Part shown: one piece after another, positions 34,583-46,650 of the stretch
How positions within the stretch are numbered: the first letter of the stretch is position 1
Layout of the letters: the number at the start of each line of letters is the position of its first letter
NCBI GenBank assembly: GCA_012295275.1
Contig: CM022665.1
Location: forward strand, 22,196,001 to 22,260,000
From: Chrysomallon squamiferum
Lineage: Eukaryota > Animalia > Mollusca
Reading direction: 5' to 3'
DNA length: 64,000 nucleotides
The notes under the pieces: generated by a model
Told to the model about the DNA's origin: nothing
Databases searched by the model: none
The model's input: only the letters and a program-made list of their open reading frames with translations
Position numbers and translations under genes: made by a program

Positions 34583-35528
34583 TCATTTTCTTTGAAATCT
34601 GTTTCGAAGAAAAATTTTTGGTTTCGCAGATTCAGGTGGTTTCCTGTTTCGTTCTTCGATCATTTTTTCAATCATCTGAATTCTTTCTTCATTGGATTTC
34701 TGTTTTTTCTGCAGATCAGCTATTTCTGCATCTTTTTTTTCTTCTCTGACCATCAAATCAGCTAATTCTGCATCTTTTTTTTCTTCTCTAACCTTCAAAT
34801 CAGCAATCTCTTCGTCATTTTGCTTCACTTTACCTTCAAGATTTTTTATTTTACCTCTTTCTTGCTCCTGCTCTGCCTCCATGCATTTAAGTTTCTCTTC
34901 AAGTTGTTTAATCTTTTCTTCGGCTGATTTCAGCTTCATCTCTTTGAGTTCTAGTTGTTTTTCGAGTTTTCTCATACCTTTTTCTGTGTCCACGCTTTCT
35001 TGTAACAGCCTTTTAATGTCTTCTATGGCTCGCATTATCGTTTCGTGCTGCTTCTTCGATTCCAGTGCCAGTGTTTGAGTTCTACTTTCAATCTCTGTTA
35101 CTTTTGTTCGCAGAAAATTCATCTTGCTTTCTTGTGTTTTTCGCCTGGTCCACTCGTTATTGAACTTGTCCTTGCTTCCTGCAGACTCTGGAATAATTTC
35201 TGGAAGCTTCTGTTTTGATTCTATTGTTTCACATAACTTGTTTCTTATGCTGTCGTAACGGGCGTTTTTCAAGGCTTCCAGAAAATGTTGGAAAAGCTTC
35301 AGATCCTCCGTGAGAGATGATTCGACTTGTAAGGAGTCGGATTCTCTTTAATTTATTATTTTCATTTTCAATTTCGTTTTTGTCATCGAGTGACAGTACG
35401 AAATTGGAATATAAATATGCAGTGATGTCGTTCGCCTCGACATTCATTTCAATTAACACAGCACATCTCTGCATACATTTCTCTCCTTCAGGATCCATTC
35501 TCTCACGTACGTTGACCAGCTTTGCCAT
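34583..35528 (-). pseudogene. CARD + coiled-coil paralog with a 1-nt frameshift near 35286 (pseudogene, truncated CARD-only product, or assembly error)
   Basis: Colinear with 42275-43177. Minus-strand CCAACATTTTCTG versus CCAGC-TTTTCTG in the intact copy splits it into ORFs 35229-35528 and 34583-35272. UTR donor (36282/36281) and acceptor (35536-35535) are preserved. Confidence 0.82.
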
Positions 35529-36895
35529 TTTTACCTTGTATAAAACAACAGAAGTAGAAGTAGTAGTGATAGTAGTAGTAGTAGTAGTTGTAGAGATAGG
35601 AATGGTAGTAGTAGTAGTAGAAGAAGTGGTAGAAATGGTAGTAGTAATAATGATAGGTATGGTAATGGTAATAGTAGTAATAACTTTAATAAAGGAAATA
35701 TACAGTTATGTCACTCGAGGAATGACACACATGCATATTTGTATATGTATGTATGTATTTGTATATATATGTCTATTTTCGGATTTTGAAAATATTCTGT
35801 CTTATGTACTATGTCTGATTAGACTCTGTACATAGACAATATTCGGGAACGCATTAGCACAGGAGGACAAAGTCCAATCACGACCTCAGAAACCCCGTCA
35901 GATGCTGCTGACAAGACTCGAACGTATGGTACCTATTCACCCGCAATGTATGTACGTTTGTATGTATGTATTATGTACGTGTGTACGTAAGCGAGTATAT
36001 ATGTATGTCTCTCTATTTGAGTGTATGTATATATATATATATATTTATGTATAGATGTATGTATGTATATATATGTATGTTTATATGATGATTATAATAG
36101 TGTTGCATGCATGTATGCATATGTGTGTTTATGTATCTATTTATGTATATGTATATATGAATGCATCATGTATGTATGTATGTAGTTATGTATGTGTATT
36201 AATATGTGGATATATAGTTATATACTGTGTTGTTATATATAATCTTCATTTTGCTATATTATAGCGCGTTTCGAAACTTACCTGTCTGTCTGTCTGCGAC
36301 ATATGTGTTAACACTGTCAGATTCTGAAAATGCAATGTTGGAAACGTCTATACTGATTCCTTGTAATATGTTTACCTTTGCTGTCTAAAACACATTCAGC
36401 CTGTTTTTTTCAAAAACAAACATGATTTGAATTCTCTATTGTAATGACAGACGTACGAATCATTATATTTAGAAACCACCACTGCTGAAAATAATCAGCC
36501 GGATCTTTGTATTCAGAACGATACAAGAGTCACGGTCTGAGTGAGGTGAATCATTCTTTCATAAAACACAAAGTAGACGGTAAACTGAATAGAGAAAGAG
36601 ATATATCGATAAGAGACTATTGAGATTTCTAAAACATTCATTTGTTCACTGGGTAAAATGTCTGGTGATCTGTGACTGACCACAATTTAACAAAGTATAA
36701 TATGAATTACATGTGGACCCACCTAGAGAAATATTAGCACAGAGATAAGTTGTATGTCTTCAAGATAAACATAACACAGCTGGCTGAAAGGAAATAAAAT
36801 AATAATAACAACAACGACAAAAACAGTAATGATAATGATAATAATGATATGATTCTGACGATGGTGAAATATAAACTTTACCACAATAAACATTA

Positions 36896-37650
36896 TCTGA
36901 TGCCAAAAGTGACTGATTTGACTTTATTTCAGTATGAACCTTAAAAAATCTAAGGTAAGAAAAACCCTACCTGCACTTCTTTCTGCAGATACTAAAATTC
37001 TGACTGCAGCAAGATTAAGATGATGTATGACAGTTGCAGGAGGATGAACACGGATGACTCTATCAGAAGACTGTGAACCAATGAATTAACTCACTAAATG
37101 TTCAACATGGCCTGTTCCACGATATATTTAATCTTATTCATTTAAATAGCTTGCCTGACATTCAGTGCAGTTTGTTCACTATTGGCAATTACTTCTGTTT
37201 GCTTATTTGTATTCTGAATATGTTCCTCCTTGGTGTTTGTACGTTTGTATTCTAGTATTATGCTGTTATTTTAAAAAAAAGATAGTAACATGACCTAATT
37301 GTTATAATTTATTTTTATTGAATGTTCATCATATGTTGACCTTTGTTTTGATATTTGATCTCCTGTCGGCTTGAAACCAGTCAAAAATGACCTTTACCTT
37401 GATCTTCTTGCATGACCTTAATCTACTATTGACCTGAAATATGTTCCAGATTATCAGGCATGTTTGAAAACCTTACAGTAGAGTCTAACATCACTGAAGC
37501 TAGTCAAGTGGTAAGCCATTTTCTATATCTTCCATGATTTTGGGCCTTTACATGTGATTACAAAATTGTTCCTTAAGATTTTTGTTTAGTTCACTCTGAG
37601 ATGGAGTCAAATCAGTCGCTATCTCACTTTGGGCATCCGATTCCTACGGA
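36896..37650. mobile_element. Second copy of the MITE, left TIR truncated at the duplication junction
   Basis: Begins TCTGATGCC (about 10 nt into the TIR) and ends ...GGCATCCGATTCCTACGGA followed by AGT. Confidence 0.78.
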
Positions 37651-37764
37651 AGTACATCTCAGTCTACACTAAAAGAACCATGCTGTTGTGATATATTAAC
37701 ACGATAATAATGACCGAGACAACGCCTTTACGACGCTTTTAAGCGGTTACGACCACGACTTAAC

Positions 37765-37929
37765 CTGTACATGTCATCTGTGCACTCGGTGGTGCATTTG
37801 GAAGCACGTCTATTTCTAAACGTTTGGTTACAGATTTCCCATCGGCTGCCACACACGTAATGTACAGCATATACGTCGAGTACTTGAGGTCGCTTGTCGA
37901 CAGTCCTCCCACATAGTAAGCACTGAATA
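37765..37929 (-). CDS. Duplicated cadherin exon 3 (C-terminal half of EC1), distal copy
   Basis: 165 nt, appears identical to 28775-28939, with both splice sites intact. No copy of exon 4 follows it. Confidence 0.7.
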
Positions 37930-37934
37930 CTAGA

Positions 37935-38008
<74 letters not shown>

Positions 38009-38303
38009 TAATAATAATAATAACAAATATTAATAATGACGATGATGATTGTCATAATAATAATAATAACAAGCAAACAAAAAAAAAAAAAAAAAAATTA
38101 CAACAACAAGAACAACCACAGCAGCAGCAACAACAACAACAACAACAATAATAATGATAATAATAATAACATCAACAACAGTAGGAGGAGGAGTAATGGT
38201 AGTAATAGCAGAAACAGAGGTAGTAGTAGTAGTTGTTGTGGTAGCAGTAGTAGTAGTAGAAAGATAGTTGGTGAAGTGATTGGAGAAAAAGATAAGACGA
38301 ATA

Positions 38304-38772
38304 CGAGCTCTGTCCGAGAGGTATCCAGCCATTCTATATATTTTGAAAACTGGTACCGCATTCACAAAGGCCGATCTTGAAGATCAGGGTATACTCGTTT
38401 CATGCCAAGGTCCTCCGTAAACATCTGTGAACCAATAGTCTACGTAATCCCTAGATCTTCTTCTAATTCTCGCACTGTAAATCGTTGATTCAACATTAAT
38501 TGTTCGGGTGTTTTGCTTGACGAAGGCTTGTCAGAACTTTCACATGATCCCAAGTTTGTAGCAAAACTTGCAGATACACTGATCGTCTCGCTCGGCCACT
38601 GGCACACAGACCCCACGTTCACTCAGCGATTTCTGCCAGCCAAACGAATTTTGTCCATGTGAATGTGGATGATCATAGATATGCAGTAGAATCACCTTCC
38701 AAGTTACGTCAAAGGCGGTATACCAGTTCTCAAGTTATCCACAATGGCTGGATACCTTCCGGACAGATCTCG
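38304..38772 (-). mobile_element. Second copy of the mariner relic with an extra ~100-bp internal deletion
   Basis: Same TIRs, TA and flanks as 29316-29883. ORF-track peptide ...KPSSSKTPEQLMLNQRFTVRELEEDLGIT. Confidence 0.83.
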
Positions 38773-38923
38773 TATACATCATTTCTCCGTACATCTTTTA
38801 TCCTTCATTATTTATGTATAAACTTCTTATCTTTCTACCCATAGTTTCTAGAAGTCTTACAGTTTTTCCTCATCATTTCTACACGAATCTCACCTTTTCA
38901 CCAATCATTTCTAGAAGTTTTAC

Positions 38924-39110
38924 CTTTTTCCCCGTCATTTCTCCACACATCAAAAGGCCCGGATTGCGAAATAGTCCTGTCAATATTACAAGAAGGACAC
39001 AAATTGTCAGATGCTGATGAATCGTTACAAGGGATTTCAGTCAACTTTGTCTGCATGTAGACGTCTTCGTGTATGGACACGACTCCCAGATTCGCCATGT
39101 ACAGACATTC
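38924..39110 (-). CDS. Duplicated cadherin exon 2 (N-terminal half of EC1), distal copy
   Basis: 187 nt, open. Four substitutions versus 30035-30221 (F>V, A>S, G>D, one silent). Acceptor intact; donor is GTAAAA versus GTAAGA. Confidence 0.7.
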
Positions 39111-39204
39111 CTGAAACATTGCACATCTGAGTAATTACTGTACAACATGTTAAATGTTAGTCGTACTTTTCTATACCGCTTTTGCCATATACAGATATTT
39201 CTAA

Positions 39205-39262
<58 letters not shown>

Positions 39263-39565
39263 GTTAAAAAATGAATGAATGAATGAATGAATAAATAAAT
39301 AAATGAACAGCTGAATATAATAAAAACATTTTCAGTGTGGTTGTGATATCTTTACAGCTGCATTCAGTAGCAAAATATCTTCCAGAATATATTTTTGTGT
39401 CTTTTGGTTTGAATATATGTATGTGTGTTTGTGTAATTGCGTTAATGCCGAGATCTGTATGTGTGTTTGTGTAATTGCGTTAATGCCGAGATCTGTATGC
39501 GAATAAATGTTCCATCAAAACTCGATATTTTAATAAAAGTATTTGAAACGAGAAAATATACATAC

Positions 39566-39652
39566 CACTGATGTAAACAGCAGAAAATTCAAGTAACACC
39601 AAATTAACGGCCATTGTTTCACATTAGTCCCCAGTGAGTTAAACATCGCCAT
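39566..39652 (-). CDS. Duplicated cadherin exon 1 (signal peptide), distal copy
   Basis: Appears identical to 30619-30705, with ATG and GTATGT donor intact. Confidence 0.7.
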
Positions 39653-40390
39653 CACTTTTTCTAATATGAAAATGTTAAATGTTTCTCAACACAGCTCATA
39701 AATATGATTCCTGTCATTCGCGTTAAAACACATTTGTTTGCCTTAGTACACACTACCTGGGTTTCTAAAAGCAACGACAAAGTGCATTTACTTTAGTTAG
39801 TAAAAGGTATGATGTGTGTATAGCCTAAAAAGAGGACCGCTATTTCTCTTTGGTCATCGCTTATTTGTGAGGTAAGCAGTCGTTTATTTAAGTTCGTGAT
39901 CCAAACAAATACATACGTATTTCGTGTCATTGGTATCTCTATTAACTTGAACATAATAACAAATTGACTTAAATGCGCCATTGAACTTGACAAATTATTT
40001 CACGTTTTTAATTTCTAATTAATATTGTAATCAGTTTACATAAAAAAAAAAATACTATCTATGGTTCAGTACCAGTTCAATCAAAAACTTTTAATCATCT
40101 TATATATATCTATATATATAGATATATATAATATTCTAAAACATAAATTGTGTTATTTACTTTTATCTACTGATATTTGTAAATGCTCCAACTTCAAACA
40201 TTGAGTTCTTCGTTCTTGATTGTTGCGCAAAATTCCACTTAGAACTTAACCGTGCGTTGAATACAGATATATATATTCGAATATTATACCGTATTAATAT
40301 TTAACCATTGCTTATACACACGTGCATTATATAATATAATTTTAAACATATACCTCTCTTATCAATGAAACAGCAGTTGATTTTTTTTTG

Positions 40391-40480
<90 letters not shown>

Positions 40481-40738
40481 GCATATCAAATTTCTTCCGT
40501 TGGGAGTGAAAGATTGTTGAAAATATTTTTTAAACATTATTGTACAGGAATTTATATTCATAGAAGGCATACTATACACTATAGCGCTGTAGTGATTAAA
40601 AATACGTGACTTCTAGTAGTTCTTAGTGTAACTCACAGCTGTGAACAAGTTCAGGGTAAAATTGCACAGTTGTATGTGTGTCGTAAGCATTCACAGTTTT
40701 TGCCCATCCGTAGGAGACCAGGAAACATACATAGCAGT

Positions 40739-40785
<47 letters not shown>

Positions 40786-40982
40786 TTGTTAATTATGTAA
40801 TGAAACTTTTTTCACCTTTAGAGTTACATTCATGATCCACCAAAACGTCGGCGCCCTTTTATGATATCCTAGATTTATTATTCACTTTTAGTAATTATCA
40901 GGATTTATTATTTTATATTTTTATATCATAAATTTTTATTTTAATAGAATATGTTTCTTATACTGTAAAAACTTATCAAAAA

Positions 40983-41013
<31 letters not shown>

Positions 41014-41102
41014 AATAATGTGTTATTATTGTTCCATGAAATGACATGTACATTGTCTGCATTATTTATGTCAGACAACCATTACTGGTCTATACAAACG
41101 TT

Positions 41103-41133
<31 letters not shown>

Positions 41134-41770
41134 CACAACAAAAATAGTAAGGTTTTAAATAAAAAAAAAAAAAATGCTCTGTATTTCAACACCAAGACTA
41201 GATGAAAGAAAGAAAAAATAATAATTAAATAAATAAATAAATAGTATTTCAGTAATTGTGTTAAAATAAGAAATTTTATTGTAACAAAATATAGTAATAC
41301 GTGTATTTATAAACAGTTAGTGCTTATTGTTTTTCTTCCTTTCTTTAGACATTGAAAATTTCTTAAGTAATGAAATAAATTAAATAGTTATAATATGATA
41401 CAGTCATCTGACGTATCTTGATGGACTCTCGTTTATCTTTACTGAATATCATAACAGATTTTCTGAATAAGAATATTTTAATTTACATCAAATTAATTAA
41501 AAGTAAAAAGCATCATTGGTGAAGGTAAAAAGATGAAATAATATAGATTAACCAATTAAAATAAAAATTAAAAAGAAACAGGATGTGATTAAATTCAAAA
41601 CAGTATTTTACTATTAACTGTCAGCATGTATTACACATACTCATACTATATATACACACATAAAGAAGAAACAGACAGAGGAAGAAAATGAGAATGAGAG
41701 AAAGCCAGAGTGAATGAAAGAGATAGGAAGATGAACGAGATAAAAGGAATGAAGCATAGAAATTATGAAC

Positions 41771-41836
<66 letters not shown>

Positions 41837-42274
41837 ACTGTTAGCTAATACTGAAATAATAAGTAATATAATGATATATTTTAATCTACATTCTACTATT
41901 AAAATAAATTGCTACAAAATAATATGACTTTGATGTGACTGCAAAAAGTTAATTTGTTTCTTAGTAAATTCAAACGCATCTTCTGTTAATAATCTATCCT
42001 CAGGAAAAAATATTTTATACAGCGCATATAAAATAGAAAATAGAGTACCTTTCATTTTTTTATGTTTGAAATCTCATAGTTAACTTGTCTTGAAAATCAA
42101 AGTGGTTCTTCTTGCCTGTAACATTTGCTGAGTTGTTTTCGTTCTTTACTTTTAATTTGCAACCTTCTTTTAATTTCTGTGATATGTAGTTTCCTTTTAT
42201 GCTTTATTTAATTCATTTTATTTTATTTCATATATTTTATTTCATTTTATTTCAACTGTATTTATCAGATATGG

Positions 42275-43177
42275 TCATTTTGGTTGAAATCTGTTTTGAG
42301 GAACAAATTTTGCTTTCGCAGGTGCAGGTGGTTTCCTGTTTTGTTCTTTGATCATTTTTTCAATCATCTGAAATCTTTCTTCGTTGGATTTCTGGTTTTT
42401 CTGCAGATCAGCTATTTCTGCATCTTTTAGTTCTTCTCTAACCTTCAAATCAGCAATCTCTTCGTTATTTTGCTTCACTTTACCTTCAAGATTTTTTATT
42501 TTACCTCTGTCTTCCTCCTTCTCTGCCTCCATGCGTTTAATTTTCTCTTCAAGTTGTTTAATCTTTTCTTCAGCTGATTTCAGCTTCAACTCTTTCAGTT
42601 TTAGTTGTTTTTCGAGTTCTGTCACAGCTTTTGTTGTGTCCACGCTTTCTTGTATCAGACTTTTAATGTCTTCTATGGCTCGCATTACCGTTTCGTGCTG
42701 CTTCTTCGATTTCAGTGCCTGTGCTTGAAATTTACTTTCAAGTTCTGTTACTTTTGTTCGCAGAAAATTCATCTTGCTTTCGACTGTTTTTCGCCTGGTC
42801 CACTCGTTATTGAACTTGTCCTTGCTTCCTGCAAACTTTGGAATAATTTCTGGAAGCTTCTGTTTTGACTCTATTGTTTCACATAACTTGTTTCTTATGC
42901 TGTCGTAACGGGCGCTTTTCAAGGCTTCCAGAAAAGCTGGAAAAGCATCAGATCCTCCGTGAGTGATGATTCGACTTGTAAGGAGTCGGATTCTCTTTGC
43001 TTTGTTCTTTTCATTTTCAATTTCGTTTTTGTCCTCGAGTGACAGTACGAAACTGGAATATAAATATGCAGTGATGTCGTTCGCCTCGACATTGTTTTCA
43101 ATTAACACAGCCCATCTCTGCATACATTTCTCTCCTTCAGGATCCATTCTCTCACGTACGTTTACCAGCTTTGCCAT
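42275..43177 (-). CDS. CARD (death-fold) + coiled-coil protein, 300 aa, single coding exon (intact copy)
   Basis: The N-terminal ~100 aa fit the CARD pattern (NDITAYLYSSFVLSLEDKNEIE..KRIRLLTSRII.HGGSDAFPAFLEALK..RYDSIRNKL), followed by a long E/K/L heptad-rich region. True start taken as MAKLV (43177), 6 nt after an acceptor AG at 43185-43184. The ORF-track N-terminal extension is microsatellite. A 5' UTR donor ACAG|GTAAGT lies at 43677/43676. Confidence 0.88.
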   Translation of the reverse strand: MAKLVNVRERMDPEGEKCMQRWAVLIENNVEANDITAYLYSSFVLSLEDKNEIENEKNKAKRIRLLTSRIITHGGSDAFPAFLEALKSARYDSIRNKLCETIESKQKLPEIIPKFAGSKDKFNNEWTRRKTVESKMNFLRTKVTELESKFQAQALKSKKQHETVMRAIEDIKSLIQESVDTTKAVTELEKQLKLKELKLKSAEEKIKQLEEKIKRMEAEKEEDRGKIKNLEGKVKQNNEEIADLKVREELKDAEIADLQKNQKSNEERFQMIEKMIKEQNRKPPAPAKAKFVPQNRFQPK

Positions 43178-45271
43178 TTTTACCTTGTATATAACAACAG
43201 AAGTAGAAGTAGTAGTGATAGTAGTAGTAGTAGTTGTAGAGATAGGAATGGTAGTAGTAGTAGTAGTAGAAGAAGTGGTAGAAATGGTAAGAGTATTAAT
43301 GGTAGGTATGGTAATGGTAATAGTAGTAATAACTTTAATAAAGGAAATATACAATTATGTCACTCGAGGAATGACACACATACATATATGTCTATTTTAG
43401 GATTTTGAAAATACTCAGTCTTGTGTACGTCTGATTAGACTCTACATATAGACAATATTCGGGAACGCACTGGGTCAGGAGGACAAAGTCCAATCATGAC
43501 CTCACATGTTTGTATATGTGTGTTTATGTATCTATTTATGTATTTGTATATATAAATGGATCATGTATGTATGTATGTACTTATGTATGTGTATTAATAT
43601 GTGGATATATAGTTATATACTGTGTTGTGATATATAATCTTCATTTTGCTATATTACAGCGCGTTTCGAAACTTACCTGTCTGCGACATATGTGTTAACA
43701 CTGTCAGATTCTGAAAATGCAATGTTGGAAACGTCTATACTGATTCCTCGTAATATGTTTAACTTTGCTGTCTAAAACATTTTCAGCCTGGTTTTTTCAA
43801 AAACAAACATGGCTTCTTGATTTGAATTCTCTATTGTAATGACACATGTACGAGTCATTTCACTCAGAATACCTTGTATGTAATAATATGGGTCTTACTG
43901 CATGCAGATTACATTTGTATTTGTAATAGAAACCACCACTGCTGAAAGTAATGAACCCGGACTTTGTATTCAGAACGATACAAGGGTCACGGTCTGAGTG
44001 AGATAAATCATTCTTTCATAAGCACAAAGTAGACGGTATACTGAATAGAGAAAGCGATATATTGATAAGACGCTATTGAGAATTCTAAAACATTCCTTTG
44101 TTCACTGGGTAAAAGATCTGGTAAACTGTGTCTGACCAACATTTTCTTCTTTTATCCAAAGTTTGTCAGTGACTGTTATTGAATGTGAAAAAAAAAGTCT
44201 TCCTGTCTTAGTTCATGAATGAAAAAGTGACTATATTTCGTCTAATTACTTTAATAATTATGTTACCACAAGTTGTTTTCTCTGAAATATATCCGAAGAA
44301 ATAATATACTTATTTTTGGTAATTTAACAAGGTATAATATGAATTACATGTGGACCCACCTACAGAAATATAAGCACAGAGATAAGTTGTATGTCTTCAA
44401 GATAAACATAACACAGCTGGCTGAAAGGAAATGAAAGGAAATAAAATAATAATAAAAATAACAACAACAACAACAGCGTCAACAATAATAATAATAATAA
44501 CCACAACGACAAAAACAGTAATAATAATAATAATAATGATATGATTCTGACGATGATGAAATATAAACTATACCACAATAAACATTTATCTTTGTCTTTA
44601 ATTTCCCTTTTTGTTAATCGCAGTTTTCTCCCTTATCCTACAAGATTTCCCATACATTCAACATAAAGCAACGTATTCTGAGGTTACAGCAATAAAGAAA
44701 CATTTTTATTATTTCATTCTTTTATTTGATATCGTGAGTAATAAGTATAAGCAAATATATATTGTTGTTGTTGTTTTTTTTAATTAATATTTTAAAAATT
44801 TAAGAGATAGTCGATGGTTATGAGCAGGGTAGGGTGGTAGCCAGGTCTTAAGGTTAAGGATAGCGAGAACATAAAATGAAAAAGGTGCCATGAAACGTAG
44901 AAAATATTTATTAAACTCATTATACTTTTTAATTTTGTATTTAAAATCAAAATGCAATTTCATAAAAAAAAAAAAAACCATGATAAAATCATAAGTTTAG
45001 TAATAGATATATATACATGATTCAGCTACAACAATCTCTTTCATGCAGGCTTCATTGCAGCAGTATATGTTAACTTGTTATAATCCTCATTGGTAGCTGA
45101 TTCTCTTTCAGTGGAGTAGAAAGATAATCCAGTCTATCGTTCACTGAGCAGACAGACAGTTCAAAACAATGGGAGGTAAGTCGAGTCCAGAAAACTCTTA
45201 TTAGTCCTTTCGATAAAACAATAAAATAAATAAAATTAATTAATTAATTAATAATAATAATAATAATAATG

Positions 45272-45307
<36 letters not shown>

Positions 45308-46619
45308 TAAAATAAAATAAATGAACTTGAGTTTAATTATTATGAAAAGACGCCAGTTTTTGAACAATGTTTTCATGGGGTGTAGTTGCTCCCTTGTTCC
45401 TCCTCTAGCTAAGCACTGGAATAGGGTGGATATGTTATGAAACTAATCAAGTTTCAGCTTCAAGGGCCCCTAATCCAGGAGGGACCCCAAAAGCAATTTT
45501 AGTCTACATGATTCAAATCCAAATCCAAGATGCCATGGTGAAAATATTAAAAGATTCATGGTGATTTGTCACGTAAGGAGCCCATTGATGAAAAGTTCAA
45601 GCTTCAGGTCCCCAAAAATGTAGGTCGACTATTGGTTATCATGTACTGTTGTAGTTTTGTAATTAACAATCGTTTCGTAATTAAAATTTTAGAAGCCAAA
45701 ATTGATTCCCAAACGACAAATAGAATTATGGACCTGGTATTACTGTTGTTGGTGTACAGAAATATAGAAAAAAAAAAACACACACACACACAAAATTTAC
45801 ATACATACAAATGTACATACATAATACACACACACGCACATAAACAAACATAAACATAAATTCACGCAAACATAACTAACTGTATAGGTCTGCTGCCTCG
45901 TAATTATCTACGTAAAATCAATGACTATTCGCAGTCGCTGCTTCAGATAGCAGCCGAGCGTTCAGTGAGCGAGAGTATGAAGTTGTTAGACGTCTGATAG
46001 TTCGATAGTTTATTATCATCAGTCTGTTTGTGAATGGAGTTAGCTTCGGTTCAATCCAGCCAATCTGATATTGTCTTAACACACTGCTTACAAAGTTGTT
46101 AGACGTTTTTCATTTCACCGCGGCTCATTGGCGAGCAGTGACATGATCGTTTTCAACATTGCTGACTGCATGCAGAGCGCGATCTCTACCGTAATCACTG
46201 AGGCATAAGACGTGAATAGAGTCGTGGAATTGGAGCTTGGTTTTAAATTGCTTTAATAGTGTGTTTTATGTACGTAAAATGCTAGCAGGAGTTTATATAT
46301 ATATGTGTGTGTGTGTATGTCTCTGTTCTTGTGTGCGTATGTGTGTGTGTGTGTATCTGTATGTAAGTGTTAGTTTGTGTTTATCATCTAAATATGTGTT
46401 TGTATATGTTTATGTTCGTGTGTTTAAGTGTTAGTGTATATATGTGTATTAGTTTTCTTTTTGTTTGTTTTTACGATCCTTATTTTCTCAGTGTTAATGA
46501 ATAGTTATAATATAATGTATCAGTCAAACCACAACATTCATATCAATAGCAATTCAAGACGAAAATAATTTGCAAATAACAAATTTCAGTATCTTTTTGT
46601 TTTGTGTTTCTCCAAATTT

Positions 46620-46650
<31 letters not shown>

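Larger units (their letters stand above)
36896..44586. repeat. Tandem segmental duplication, right copy (~7.7 kb)
   Basis: Same order of MITE, cadherin exon 3, mariner relic, exon 2, exon 1, upstream region, spacer and CARD-CC gene as in the left copy. Confidence 0.88.

Noticed and set aside
43178-43354. 59-aa Thr-rich N-terminal extension of the 359-aa ORF
   Set aside because: It is an (ACT)n-type microsatellite upstream of a splice acceptor and is read as intron.
42384-43400. Plus-strand ORFs overlapping the CARD-CC genes (also 34424-35835)
   Set aside because: Antisense shadows of E/K-rich coding sequence and adjacent triplet repeats.
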